64,000 nt of DNA, taken from the NCBI GenBank assembly GCA_964439905.1, contig CAYTPK010000007.1:1294-65293 (forward strand). Reading direction: 5' to 3'. The position numbers and the translations under genes are program-made. This document shows positions 41,892 through 51,179 of this stretch, in pieces. Position 1 is the stretch's first letter. Every line of letters begins with the position of its first letter. The notes under the pieces were generated by a model, which saw only the letters and a program-made list of their open reading frames with translations, was not told where the DNA came from and made no database searches. Source of the DNA: an uncultured Dehalococcoidia bacterium. Its GTDB lineage: Bacteria; Chloroflexota; Dehalococcoidia; Lucifugimonadales; GCA-2712585.

Positions 41892-43178
41892 ATGGCTAAA
41901 TCATCAATACCCATGTCTAAAACGGAACGAAACCTTTGGAACGCCATAGTTGGTGAGGCTTTAGCTTTATTGAAATACAATGCTTACGCTGCTAAGGCTA
42001 TGGAGGAAGGTCACCCTGAGATAGCACAAATTTTTCAGGAAACAGCTGGAGCTGAAAATATTCATGGAATGAATCATCTCCGTACCGCTGGTGATGTTAA
42101 AGATACACTAAAAAATCTACGGTCCGTAACCCAAGGTGAAGCCAGAGAGATAAATACGAGATATCCCAGGATGATTCGGGAAGCTTTAGATGAAGGGCGG
42201 CGGGATGCGGCTCGGGCGTTTACCGTAGCTATGGACAGGGAGAAACACCATTTGGATGCGTTTCTCACCGCTATAGGCGACTTGGAAGCCAAGTTTAAAC
42301 GAATTGAGGATAATACAAAGGCTGTAGAAACTGATGAACCACGAGTTAGTGGACAGCCCGAAATTCAGTGCGGAGTGACAGAGAATGAAGCGGACTCAAT
42401 TGTAGATCGGACTTACAAAAATGAGAACGACTATGACCAATTGTCAGCTGATACCTTTGAATTTCCCAATGCTATAAAAGAAGTGGAAAGAGAGCGTTTA
42501 CGAGTTGCAGCTTTTGGCCGTATAAGAGAAGTCGTGTTTGGAGCACAAGATGGCATTATAAGTACAGTTGCATTAGTTACAGCTATTTCTTCAAGTATGG
42601 CTAGTAATGACACAGTAATAATAGCCGGCCTAGCAGGTGTCCTTGCAGGTATGGTTTCTATGGCTACAGGAACCTATTTGGGGTCAAAGGCAGAAAAAGA
42701 AGTTTTTCAAGCGGAGATTGAAAATGAAGCCAGGGAATTAGAAGAGAACCCTGCTGAAGAGATGGCAGAATTGGTGTTTTTGTATCACCAGCAAGGTATG
42801 AACTATCATGAAGCCAAGGAAATGGCAGAACATATTGCTTCTGATAGAGATTTGTGGCTAAGGACACTAGTGGAGAAAGAATTAGGAATTGACCCTAACC
42901 TTACGAGTAATCCATTAAAAGACGCTCTAGCTATGGGTATAACGTTTGTGTTAGCTGGCTTGATTCCCATTATACCGTACCTATTCACTACAGGCGGCAC
43001 TGCTATGTCCTTCTCTATTTCTGCAGCTTTGTTGACCTTATTTGGACTCGGAATTCTGAAAGGAAGACTTGTTCAAAGGAATCCTTTGATGCAAGGATTA
43101 GCCGTTTTGGGAATTGGAGTAGCCGCATCAGCTTTGGGGTTCGTGATAGGAGAAATTGTCCCATTAATTATTGGCTGA
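41892..43178 (+). CDS. Rubrerythrin-domain / VIT1-CCC1 transporter fusion
   Basis: N-terminal diiron four-helix motifs (GE..A, ETAGAENIH, GE.RE, REKHH); C-terminal REVVFGAQDG, GMVSMATGTY, EKELG, GLIPIIPY. Confidence 0.9.
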   Translation: MAKSSIPMSKTERNLWNAIVGEALALLKYNAYAAKAMEEGHPEIAQIFQETAGAENIHGMNHLRTAGDVKDTLKNLRSVTQGEAREINTRYPRMIREALDEGRRDAARAFTVAMDREKHHLDAFLTAIGDLEAKFKRIEDNTKAVETDEPRVSGQPEIQCGVTENEADSIVDRTYKNENDYDQLSADTFEFPNAIKEVERERLRVAAFGRIREVVFGAQDGIISTVALVTAISSSMASNDTVIIAGLAGVLAGMVSMATGTYLGSKAEKEVFQAEIENEARELEENPAEEMAELVFLYHQQGMNYHEAKEMAEHIASDRDLWLRTLVEKELGIDPNLTSNPLKDALAMGITFVLAGLIPIIPYLFTTGGTAMSFSISAALLTLFGLGILKGRLVQRNPLMQGLAVLGIGVAASALGFVIGEIVPLIIG

Positions 43179-43216
43179 AAAACTCATTTCTACCAGTCCT
43201 TTAAGATTTTAAATCA

Positions 43217-43915
43217 TTAATAATGAGTTGAATCGAATGTCGGTAATCCGGCAGGATCTGAGTCGACGAGAGTCAGGCCAAGTTCACTGCCTAGGTAGTA
43301 CTGCAATGAATAGGCGATGGTTTCAATGTTTATTGGTCTTTTTAAGATATTTTCCATAGACGTTATTGGTGCTTCCACCAATCCACATGGAATTATGTGT
43401 TTGAAATAATCAAGATCGGGGTTGATATTTAATGATATGCCGTGAAGGGAGATACCCCTACTTATTTTCACTCCTATAGCGGCAATTTTTTCGTCTGATA
43501 CCCAGACTCCCGTGTAGCCGTCTTTTGTTAGCGCGTTAATGTTATGATCTGATAGGGTTTTGATTATGATTTGTTCGAGAGCGCGAACGTATTTAAGAGG
43601 CCCACCTAGATATCTTATATCGATTATTGGATAAGCTATAAGTTGTCCTGGACCGTGGTATGTGACTTGTCCCCCTCGATCTGTTTCGTATATGCTTATC
43701 CCAAGATCCAAGAGTCTTTTCTCCGAGGCGTTTATTTCAGCGATACTCCCTGTTCGTCCTATTGTGTAGACATGTTCATGTTCAAGAAGCAATAGCGAAC
43801 TCGGCCGTTCTCCCAGAGAGATTTGTTCTAGCAAAGCCTTCTGTAGGTCCCATGCTTTCCCGTATTCTAGTTGGCCCAAGTGGTAAACGTTACAGAGTTG
43901 TGGAATTATTTTCAT
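43217..43915 (-). CDS. lipB: Octanoyltransferase
   Basis: LLEHEHVYTIGR, DRGGQVTYHGPGQ, KIAAIG, IIPCG. Confidence 0.97.
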   Translation of the reverse strand: MKIIPQLCNVYHLGQLEYGKAWDLQKALLEQISLGERPSSLLLLEHEHVYTIGRTGSIAEINASEKRLLDLGISIYETDRGGQVTYHGPGQLIAYPIIDIRYLGGPLKYVRALEQIIIKTLSDHNINALTKDGYTGVWVSDEKIAAIGVKISRGISLHGISLNINPDLDYFKHIIPCGLVEAPITSMENILKRPINIETIAYSLQYYLGSELGLTLVDSDPAGLPTFDSTHY

Positions 43916-44088
43916 ATAACTGGAATCATTTTAATTTATATTATATGGTATCTATCTGATCGCGCCAGGCGGTCAATCTATCACTCATTCCATTGATCAT
44001 CAACCCTAGGGTTTCTCAATTCATGTAAGGACTATATAATTCCGTCTGAATCTATTTTGTTAACCTAATGTAAAAAAGGGGGGCGTTT

Positions 44089-44403
44089 ATGGCTGACGAT
44101 TTTAGTAATGTCGCGAAAACCGGTGATATTCCTGATGGCAATATGATTAGTGTTGAATACGATGGCGAGCCTGTGTTGATAGCTAATGTGAATGGTGAAT
44201 TCTTAGCAATTGGTGATGAATGTACCCACGCTGGAGGCCTATTATCTCAGGGATATTTAGAGGGGGATTATGTAGAGTGTCCATTGCATGCAGCAATGTT
44301 TGATTTGAGGACTGGTATCCCCGACGGTCCTCCTGCGGAAGAAGCAAGCCAAGTTTACAAAGTTATGATTCAAGGGGATGATATCCTTATATCAGGATCT
44401 TAA
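44089..44403 (+). CDS. Rieske-type [2Fe-2S] ferredoxin
   Basis: CTH...CPLH motif, FDLRTG; 104 aa acidic protein. Confidence 0.94.
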   Translation: MADDFSNVAKTGDIPDGNMISVEYDGEPVLIANVNGEFLAIGDECTHAGGLLSQGYLEGDYVECPLHAAMFDLRTGIPDGPPAEEASQVYKVMIQGDDILISGS

Positions 44404-44417
44404 TCACGTGGTTCCTA

Positions 44418-44834
44418 TCAATTTTCGTTGGGGTATCGGACTGTTACTGAAGTGTGAAGGCCACCTCTCATTCGGTAATCTAATAAGATTGTCATCTGCC
44501 TAGGGTGGCAGGCATCCACGAGGTCTTTTAGTATCCGACCGGCCGCGTGCTCCTGAACGATTCCCACATCTCTATACGATAAAATATAGTATTTTAACGA
44601 TTTTAGTTCTAATAATTTGCTTGAAGGTTTGTAAACGATCGTTAATATTCCTGTGTCAGGGAGTCCTGTCCAAGGACACAATGCAGTAAATTCCTCAGTG
44701 TCTATGGTGACTTCCGCTGGTTGATTAGAGTATTGGTAATCGAATGATAATAGTACTCCAGGGTCAATTTCCTCTTCACTCTTCCATTCAAGGGGTTTCC
44801 CAATATCTAGATATTGTTCGCTCAAATTATTCAT
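44418..44834 (-). CDS. queF: NADPH-dependent 7-cyano-7-deazaguanine reductase (unimodular)
   Basis: EFTALCPWTGLPD, ELKSLKYY, QE, RGG. Confidence 0.92.
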   Translation of the reverse strand: MNNLSEQYLDIGKPLEWKSEEEIDPGVLLSFDYQYSNQPAEVTIDTEEFTALCPWTGLPDTGILTIVYKPSSKLLELKSLKYYILSYRDVGIVQEHAAGRILKDLVDACHPRQMTILLDYRMRGGLHTSVTVRYPNEN

Positions 44835-44923
44835 GATTCTAAAATTTGCCTCCGGGCTTTGTTTGTCTGTTTTAAGACGTGTCTAAAGTTCTGGGATATC
44901 CTGTTATACCATGTGTAAAGTTG

Positions 44924-45826
44924 TCATTTCAGTTCGGAGGGAAGAACAAATGTGACATCTTCTTCTATACTAGATAGGGTTTCAACGGAATCCGGTTTTA
45001 GTTTGGTAATTACTTCATCCAATAGTAGTTCTGGTGTGGACGCGCCTGATGTAATACCAACTTTCTTGAGACCCTTGAGCCAAGACTCATCGAGTTCATC
45101 TACACTGTTTATTAGATATGCAGGGACTCCACGAGCCCGAGCAACTTCCCTTAGTCTATTGCAATTGGAGCTATTCTGCGCACCTATGACCAATACCAGA
45201 TCTACATTGTCAGCAAGTTTTTTCACAGCCTCTTGTCTATTAGTAGTAGCGTAACAGACATCGTTTCGGATTATTGCAGACGGGAATCTATTCTTTATAG
45301 CCTCTATTGTATTGGCAGTGTCGTCTACTGAAAGGGTAGTTTGTGTCAAGACAGCAACAGGTGTATTTATATCCCATTTAGGGATAAACTCCCGGTTGGG
45401 TTCGTCTACTAATATTGCATCTTTGACTTGTCCCATACTACCCCGAACCTCGATGTGCCCCTTGTGCCCGACTAGGATTATCTTCCGGCCTTCTTTGTCA
45501 TATTTTTTGGCCTCGTTATGTACCTTAGTGACTAAAGGGCACGTAGCATCAATGATCTTCATATCATGTTTCCTTGCTAGAGCAAAATCCTCGGGTGGAG
45601 ATCCGTGAGCCGAAAAGATGACTGTAGAACCTTTGGGTATATCCTGTATGTTCTCGACCGTAACAGCTCCCTTCTTTTCAAGAGAAGAGACTACATATGG
45701 ATTGTGTACGATCTCATGTTTGACGTATATAGGAGGGTCATAGAGGGCGATAGCTCGCTCTACTATTTCAATAGCTCTGACGACTCCTGCACAGAACCCT
45801 CGAGGGGAGGAGAGTAATATCTCCAT
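44924..45826 (-). CDS. ispH: 4-hydroxy-3-methylbut-2-enyl diphosphate reductase
   Basis: PRGFCAGV, IVHN, SAHG, DATCPLVTKVH, QTT, CYATTNRQ, NSSN, GASTP. Confidence 0.98.
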   Translation of the reverse strand: MEILLSSPRGFCAGVVRAIEIVERAIALYDPPIYVKHEIVHNPYVVSSLEKKGAVTVENIQDIPKGSTVIFSAHGSPPEDFALARKHDMKIIDATCPLVTKVHNEAKKYDKEGRKIILVGHKGHIEVRGSMGQVKDAILVDEPNREFIPKWDINTPVAVLTQTTLSVDDTANTIEAIKNRFPSAIIRNDVCYATTNRQEAVKKLADNVDLVLVIGAQNSSNCNRLREVARARGVPAYLINSVDELDESWLKGLKKVGITSGASTPELLLDEVITKLKPDSVETLSSIEEDVTFVLPSELK

Positions 45827-45855
45827 ATGTTGATTCTCCACCAGTTTGGCATCAA

Positions 45856-45924
45856 TGTTAACATTCGTGACAAAAAAACCACAACCGTACCTTTGTTACA
45901 TTAATGCACTCACGAATGCTAACA
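45856..45924. repeat. 15-bp inverted repeat pair upstream of ispH
   Basis: TGTTAACATTCGTGA (45856-45870) versus TCACGAATGCTAACA (45910-45924), 14/15 complementary. Confidence 0.7.
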
Positions 45925-46152
45925 ATATTATGCTGGAGGTAGGCTTTATCCTCTGAAATTAACACTTATATAGAACTTTTTAAATCAGCACATCAACAAA
46001 TGAAGGACATAATTGTTGATGGCTGTGATCATGCATAGGCTTATGAAAAAGACAAAGAGGCGTATAAAGACTTTGGTTTTGGCTATCTTGAAACTAGATT
46101 GTCGCCCTGATTTGGATCCTTAGCCCATCTGTATATGGATAGATGCTAAACG

Positions 46153-47328
46153 CTATAAGGCATCTAGTATGTCCAAATATTTCAATCCTGACCCTGTGTT
46201 CATTAGGATGATAGTTTCGTGTCCCTTAAAAAAATCCTGCTGTATGAGTTTTCTTAGTCCTACCAAGGTTGCGGCTCCCTCAGGTGCGGCGAAGATTCCC
46301 TCTGCTGACGCTAGTTCTTTCATTGCATCCAGCATCTCTCTATCAGATACAGAGAGGGCAGTCCCTCCAGTTTGGCGTATAATATCCAAAATAATATAGT
46401 CAGCAAAAACTCCTGGTACTCGGAGTCCAGATGCCAACGTCGATGCATTTTCATGTGGTTCTGCTATGTTACGCCCTTGCTTAAATGCTCTGACCAATGG
46501 TTGACAGCCTTCTGCTTGTATAGAAACGAATTTAGGCTGTGGCGAATCGATCCAGCCTAATTCTCTCAATTCCTCGAATGCTTTCCATATGCCAACAATG
46601 CCGGTTCCGCCCCCAGTAGGATATATGATTACATCTGGAGTTTTCCATCCTAATTGTTCTGCGAGTTCAAGGCCCATCGTTTTTTTACCTTCCGCCCTAT
46701 AAGGCTCTCTTAAAGTAGAAAGATCGAATAAGCCCTCCAGTTTGGCTTTTTCTTGAGAAATTCTTCCTGCGTCTCCAATTAGTCCGTCAATTAGATGTAA
46801 AGTTGAACCGAGTGCCTCGCATTCTATCTTATTGGATTCTGGAGCATCCTTTGGCATAAAAATATGCGCTTCCATGCTAGCTTTAGCCGCATAGGCTGCC
46901 ATGGCACTCCCGGCGTTTCCAGCTGTAGGCATAGTAAGTCGCATTTGGTTCAATTCTTTAGCTTTAGAAACCGCTGCAGAGAGACCCCTAGCCTTGAAAG
47001 AGCCCGTAGGATTTACTCCCTCATCTTTTATATAAAGATTTTTTAGGTTGAATTTCCTAGCCAAATTTTCTGCGTGCATTAACGGGGTATCACCTTCTCC
47101 GAGTGTGATGACGTTATTGGGATCTTGTACCGGCATTAGTTCATAATATTTCCACATGTTACTTGGCCGAGACTGAAAAATGTTTGGATCTACCTCTTGT
47201 CGTAATTTCGCCAGGTCATAACGAGGGAATAGCACTTTCCCGCTTGCTGGACTAGTTCCGAGGGGTTTATCAAGAGGATATGTCTGTCCCGTAACGGTGC
47301 ACTCCAGATGGCTTATATAACTCTTCAT
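46153..47328 (-). CDS. Threonine synthase-like PLP enzyme (second paralogue)
   Basis: MWKYYELMP, TLGEGDTPL, NPTGSFKARG, PTAGNAG, EPYRAEGKKTMG, PTGGG, NTGSGLKY; start ATG 47328 after AAGGAG. Confidence 0.9.
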   Translation of the reverse strand: MKSYISHLECTVTGQTYPLDKPLGTSPASGKVLFPRYDLAKLRQEVDPNIFQSRPSNMWKYYELMPVQDPNNVITLGEGDTPLMHAENLARKFNLKNLYIKDEGVNPTGSFKARGLSAAVSKAKELNQMRLTMPTAGNAGSAMAAYAAKASMEAHIFMPKDAPESNKIECEALGSTLHLIDGLIGDAGRISQEKAKLEGLFDLSTLREPYRAEGKKTMGLELAEQLGWKTPDVIIYPTGGGTGIVGIWKAFEELRELGWIDSPQPKFVSIQAEGCQPLVRAFKQGRNIAEPHENASTLASGLRVPGVFADYIILDIIRQTGGTALSVSDREMLDAMKELASAEGIFAAPEGAATLVGLRKLIQQDFFKGHETIILMNTGSGLKYLDILDAL

Positions 47329-47426
47329 TAACGGAGGCTCCTTGTGAGTAATTTTCAGGTATTGTATCATAGCAAACAGCTTAGTTTAGCTTTGATTTGA
47401 ACCGATAGCCGATCCAAAGATGGTTA

Positions 47427-48773
47427 ATGGAGGAATTTATGTCGTCTATAGATGCTGAGTATATTCGGAAACACCCGAAGTCGGCAGAAATCTTCGAAAA
47501 GTCCGCAGCTATGTTTCCGGATGGAGTGACACATGACACTCGATTCCTGACACCATTTCCTATCTACGTATCAAATGCGCTAGGCCCCCTTAAATGGGAT
47601 CACGACGGTTTCGAATATGTGGATTATGTTAGTGGTCATGGAGCTCTGCTTTTAGGACACTCGCATCCTGCAATCGTAGACGCAGTGACTGACCAGATAA
47701 AAAAAGGTACCCATCTTGGCGCAAATACGGAACTGGAGGTTCGGTGGGGTAATGCAGTAAAGAATCTAATACCATCGGTAGAAAAAATTCGGTTCCACAG
47801 TTCAGGCACTGAAGCCACAATGATGGCTATGAGGTTAGCTAGAGCCTACACCAATAAGAATAAGATAGTGAAATTCCAAGATCATTTCCATGGTTGGCAT
47901 GATTACGCCTTGGCCGGGTCTGATGGGGCTACAGGCGGGATTCCCAAATCCACTTGGGATTCTATGATTGTCTTGCCTTCTGGAGATATGGATGCTTTAG
48001 AGGATACTCTTAATAGGGATAATGATATAGCAGCCATTATAACCGAGCCGACTGGTGCTCACATGGGTCAGAATCCACTCCAGGTTCCGGAGTATTTAGA
48101 AAAGATTAGGGAAATCACGGAATTATATGGGGTAGTATTTATTTTGGATGAAGTGGTGACCGGATTTAGATTATCTTCGGGAGGCGCCCAAGAACGATTC
48201 AATATCAAACCAGATCTTACCACTATGGCTAAGATACTAGCTGGAGGATTACCAGGAGGCGCTGTGGGTGGTAAGGCGGAAATAATCGACATGATTCAGC
48301 ATAGGGGAGAATCCGAGTGGGATAATAAGAACAGAGTTTCTCACAACGGCACTTTTAATGCTAATCCTTTATGTGCTGTCGCTGGTTCTACATGCCTGGA
48401 AATCATTGGGAAAGAACCGATTAATGAAATAGCAGATTCGATTGCAAAAAGATTACGTGATGGTCTTAATGAAACTTTGATAAAAATGGAGGTCCCCGGT
48501 GTAGCATATGGAATCTCCTCGTTGGTCCTCTTATCGTTTGGGATCGAATCTGATCCAGAGGAAGTCTGGAAAATACCCCATGATGTTCTCAATGGTGCGG
48601 CTAAGCCAGGGACTCGGCAAGCCTTGAAACGAGCCATGATAAACGAGGGAATTGATACTATGGCAGGACGTGGGTTTATAGTTTCTGCCGTTCACACCGA
48701 TAAGGAGATTGATCGAACCATAGGGGCCTTTGAAAAAACCTTGGTCAGTATGCGACGAGATGGAATAGTATAG
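47427..48773 (+). CDS. Class III aminotransferase (HemL/GSAM-like paralogue)
   Basis: LLLGHSHP, SGTEATM.A.RLARA, FHGWHD, DEVVTGFR, AKILAGGLP, GTFNANP. Confidence 0.92.
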   Translation: MEEFMSSIDAEYIRKHPKSAEIFEKSAAMFPDGVTHDTRFLTPFPIYVSNALGPLKWDHDGFEYVDYVSGHGALLLGHSHPAIVDAVTDQIKKGTHLGANTELEVRWGNAVKNLIPSVEKIRFHSSGTEATMMAMRLARAYTNKNKIVKFQDHFHGWHDYALAGSDGATGGIPKSTWDSMIVLPSGDMDALEDTLNRDNDIAAIITEPTGAHMGQNPLQVPEYLEKIREITELYGVVFILDEVVTGFRLSSGGAQERFNIKPDLTTMAKILAGGLPGGAVGGKAEIIDMIQHRGESEWDNKNRVSHNGTFNANPLCAVAGSTCLEIIGKEPINEIADSIAKRLRDGLNETLIKMEVPGVAYGISSLVLLSFGIESDPEEVWKIPHDVLNGAAKPGTRQALKRAMINEGIDTMAGRGFIVSAVHTDKEIDRTIGAFEKTLVSMRRDGIV

Positions 48774-48815
48774 AGAAACCGGGAGTTTGTTTTTCGTGAA
48801 AACATGGAGAGGGCA

Positions 48816-49436
48816 TTAGGGCTGAGAATCTGGTTGGGTCGCCACTGACGAAAGAAGATGATCTAGTGTATTCTCAATATCTGATCTGGTTGTAGGGCCT
48901 GCCAGTCTTTTTAACAACACACCGTCGCGATTGATGAAAAACTTTTCTGGTATTCCTTTAACACCGTAGTCGATTGCTATTGTTCCGTTGTGGTCAACGG
49001 CGTTTGGATATGTCAGGTCGTAGTTTTTAACGAAAGCTCTAATTGCGGGAATTTCGTCCCATATGGCTATTCCAATGAATTCTACGCCTTGTGGTTTGTA
49101 ACGTTTGTATGTTGAGGAAAGTACGGGTGATTCTACTTTGCAGGGTCCACACCAAGAACTCCAAAAGTCTATCATGATAATAGCCCCTTCAATATCCGAT
49201 AGACGCAAAAACCCTCCGTCTAATTGTTGAGCCGAAAACTCTGGTACTTTAGTTTGGTTAATTGGTACCTCACCCAGAACTTTGTTGATAGTTAAGCCGC
49301 CAGGAGTTCCTTTTGTTTCCATCAGCGCCCAACCTAGAATGGCGAACAGGCATACGAGTGGTACTATCCAAGCAAGTGTGATCCAATAATTATTCTTTAT
49401 CATATAAACCGGAGGAGAGTAAATTTTGTATTTCAA
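48816..49436 (-). CDS. TlpA/ResA/CcmG-like membrane-anchored thiol-disulfide oxidoreductase
   Basis: N-terminal TM, FWSSWCGPC, YGVKGIPEKFFI; last gene of ccm cluster. Confidence 0.92.
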   Translation of the reverse strand: MKYKIYSPPVYMIKNNYWITLAWIVPLVCLFAILGWALMETKGTPGGLTINKVLGEVPINQTKVPEFSAQQLDGGFLRLSDIEGAIIMIDFWSSWCGPCKVESPVLSSTYKRYKPQGVEFIGIAIWDEIPAIRAFVKNYDLTYPNAVDHNGTIAIDYGVKGIPEKFFINRDGVLLKRLAGPTTRSDIENTLDHLLSSVATQPDSQP

Positions 49437-50619
49437 TTCTTAGTAATATGAGTAGCATGAGCTCATTTCTGATGGCCAAATATTGACTCTCAGTCATTTT
49501 GTTTATACTGAAAGTGCTGTCTAAGTAGGCGATATCATATAGCAGTGCGGAATTACTTTCCAAATTATTGAATTGATGATTTGGCTCATTCAGATTCTTA
49601 AGTGCTCTATAAAAGGGACGTATTGAAACCAAAATCAAGGTGATTAATAAAATCAAACCCAATACTGAAGGTATTACAATGATCAAATATTTCTTTATGG
49701 TCTTTTCTGAAAACAATATGTCTGAGATAGATGGTTCGCTCAGTTTTGTAAGGTTTACTATAATTGTGGAGCCTTCCAGTATGTTTCTTGCTGCCCATGC
49801 ATGATAGTTTACGTCACCTATTGTGGTGGATTCTAATTCCTCCAAATTTGGACTGGAGATCGACCCTTGGTTAATTGGAAACAAGACTTGAAGGACGTCT
49901 AGCTCTTGTAGAAACCTGCGGGTGATGTCAATTTGATCTTTGTGATAAGGGATGGTATAGGTAAAAATTATCTGATGGAGACCGGGTGGAATAGGGGAAG
50001 TCATGCCGAAGCCTGTTCCCACCTCTAATATATTACCGTTACCTATATCGGTTTCCATATGCAAATCCGAATATCCCGCTGGCAGTGAAAATCTGAGGAA
50101 ATTCATTTCACTCGGATCGCGTAGATTGGGTGCAAATACCAAGTCTCCATTATTTCTTACCATAACGATTTCCGTGATGAGTATATGTCGAGTTTTGGGA
50201 TCAACATCTTTGATAAGCCAAAGATGAGAATCTATCGAGAGCGTTTCGAGAGACTCGGTAGTATCAAAGACTGAGAGCCTTAGATTGCCCGTTAATTCTT
50301 GCAATGGAATTTCTTTGGCATACTCTATGGATTTGTGATTAGTTGATATTATATAGCGAAGATCCGCCGACATTGGGACTGCCTTTAATAAGAAACGCCC
50401 AGATGAATCAGCATTAGCCCTAAATGTTTCTAGGGATTTATCAGGCTTGAACACATGTAATATGACAGAAAATTCACTATCATGCTGATAATCGGTAGAC
50501 TCGTTTATGATCCTTCCTTGAACGTCTTCCATTTCGCTTCCGAAAACACTTGTGGTCTGAAGGAATAAGAATGGGACTAGCCCTAGGACCGATAACTTGA
50601 TTGCAACCTTATCTAACAC
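49390..50619 (-). CDS. Uncharacterised exported/membrane protein in ccm cluster
   Basis: Signal-like N-terminus, beta-rich body, one late TM helix, helical tail LLYDIAYLD...SQYLAIRNEL. Confidence 0.75.
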   Translation of the reverse strand: MLDKVAIKLSVLGLVPFLFLQTTSVFGSEMEDVQGRIINESTDYQHDSEFSVILHVFKPDKSLETFRANADSSGRFLLKAVPMSADLRYIISTNHKSIEYAKEIPLQELTGNLRLSVFDTTESLETLSIDSHLWLIKDVDPKTRHILITEIVMVRNNGDLVFAPNLRDPSEMNFLRFSLPAGYSDLHMETDIGNGNILEVGTGFGMTSPIPPGLHQIIFTYTIPYHKDQIDITRRFLQELDVLQVLFPINQGSISSPNLEELESTTIGDVNYHAWAARNILEGSTIIVNLTKLSEPSISDILFSEKTIKKYLIIVIPSVLGLILLITLILVSIRPFYRALKNLNEPNHQFNNLESNSALLYDIAYLDSTFSINKMTESQYLAIRNELMLLILLRIEIQNLLSSGLYDKE

Positions 50620-50621
50620 GG

Positions 50622-51110
50622 CTATTGTCTTAATCTACGCTTAGAAATGTCCGTCTGTATTATTGGGTTTCCACAATTAGGGCAGGCGACTGTTCCAGAT
50701 TTGAGTTTTGAAATGCAGGAGATGCAAAGGATAGAATTCGGATAACTAGCTTGGATAAGGACAGAGATTTCCTGGACTTTTTTCTCGATTGCGGCCTCTA
50801 ACGATAGAGTTTTGTCCAATTCTATCTGTTCTAGTTTTCTAAGAATCGAGTATTCTTGTGTCAAGTTGCGTTTTAGGTCGGCCTTTAGTTTATCCATCGT
50901 GGTCTTCTTGTGGTTAGGGTCGATCTCTGCAGAACTAGGTGGAGTTTCTAGTCGTGCGATCTCCGAAACAATTAATTCTCTTAAATGGGTCAATTCGTAA
51001 ATTTGATCCTTCCGTAGCGAAGTTGTTCTCGTATAACGCGTTTTTATCAAAGGATACGAAACGATGAGGACACATGCTAAGGTCAATAATGTTCCAATAA
51101 TAAATGCCAT
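50622..51110 (-). CDS. CcmI-like membrane protein with C-terminal zinc ribbon
   Basis: N-terminal TM ending YPL, coiled coil, CISC...CPNCG; directly after ccmF. Confidence 0.7.
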   Translation of the reverse strand: MAFIIGTLLTLACVLIVSYPLIKTRYTRTTSLRKDQIYELTHLRELIVSEIARLETPPSSAEIDPNHKKTTMDKLKADLKRNLTQEYSILRKLEQIELDKTLSLEAAIEKKVQEISVLIQASYPNSILCISCISKLKSGTVACPNCGNPIIQTDISKRRLRQ

Positions 51111-51179
51111 TTAGGTCCTCTAATTATTGAACGAATGAACTTTGTCGATATACGAAAAAATCGCATGAAAGGAGAAATT

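Noticed and set aside
44835-44923. preQ1 riboswitch upstream of queF
   Set aside because: A-rich tract present but no convincing P1 stem with the conserved loop sequence.
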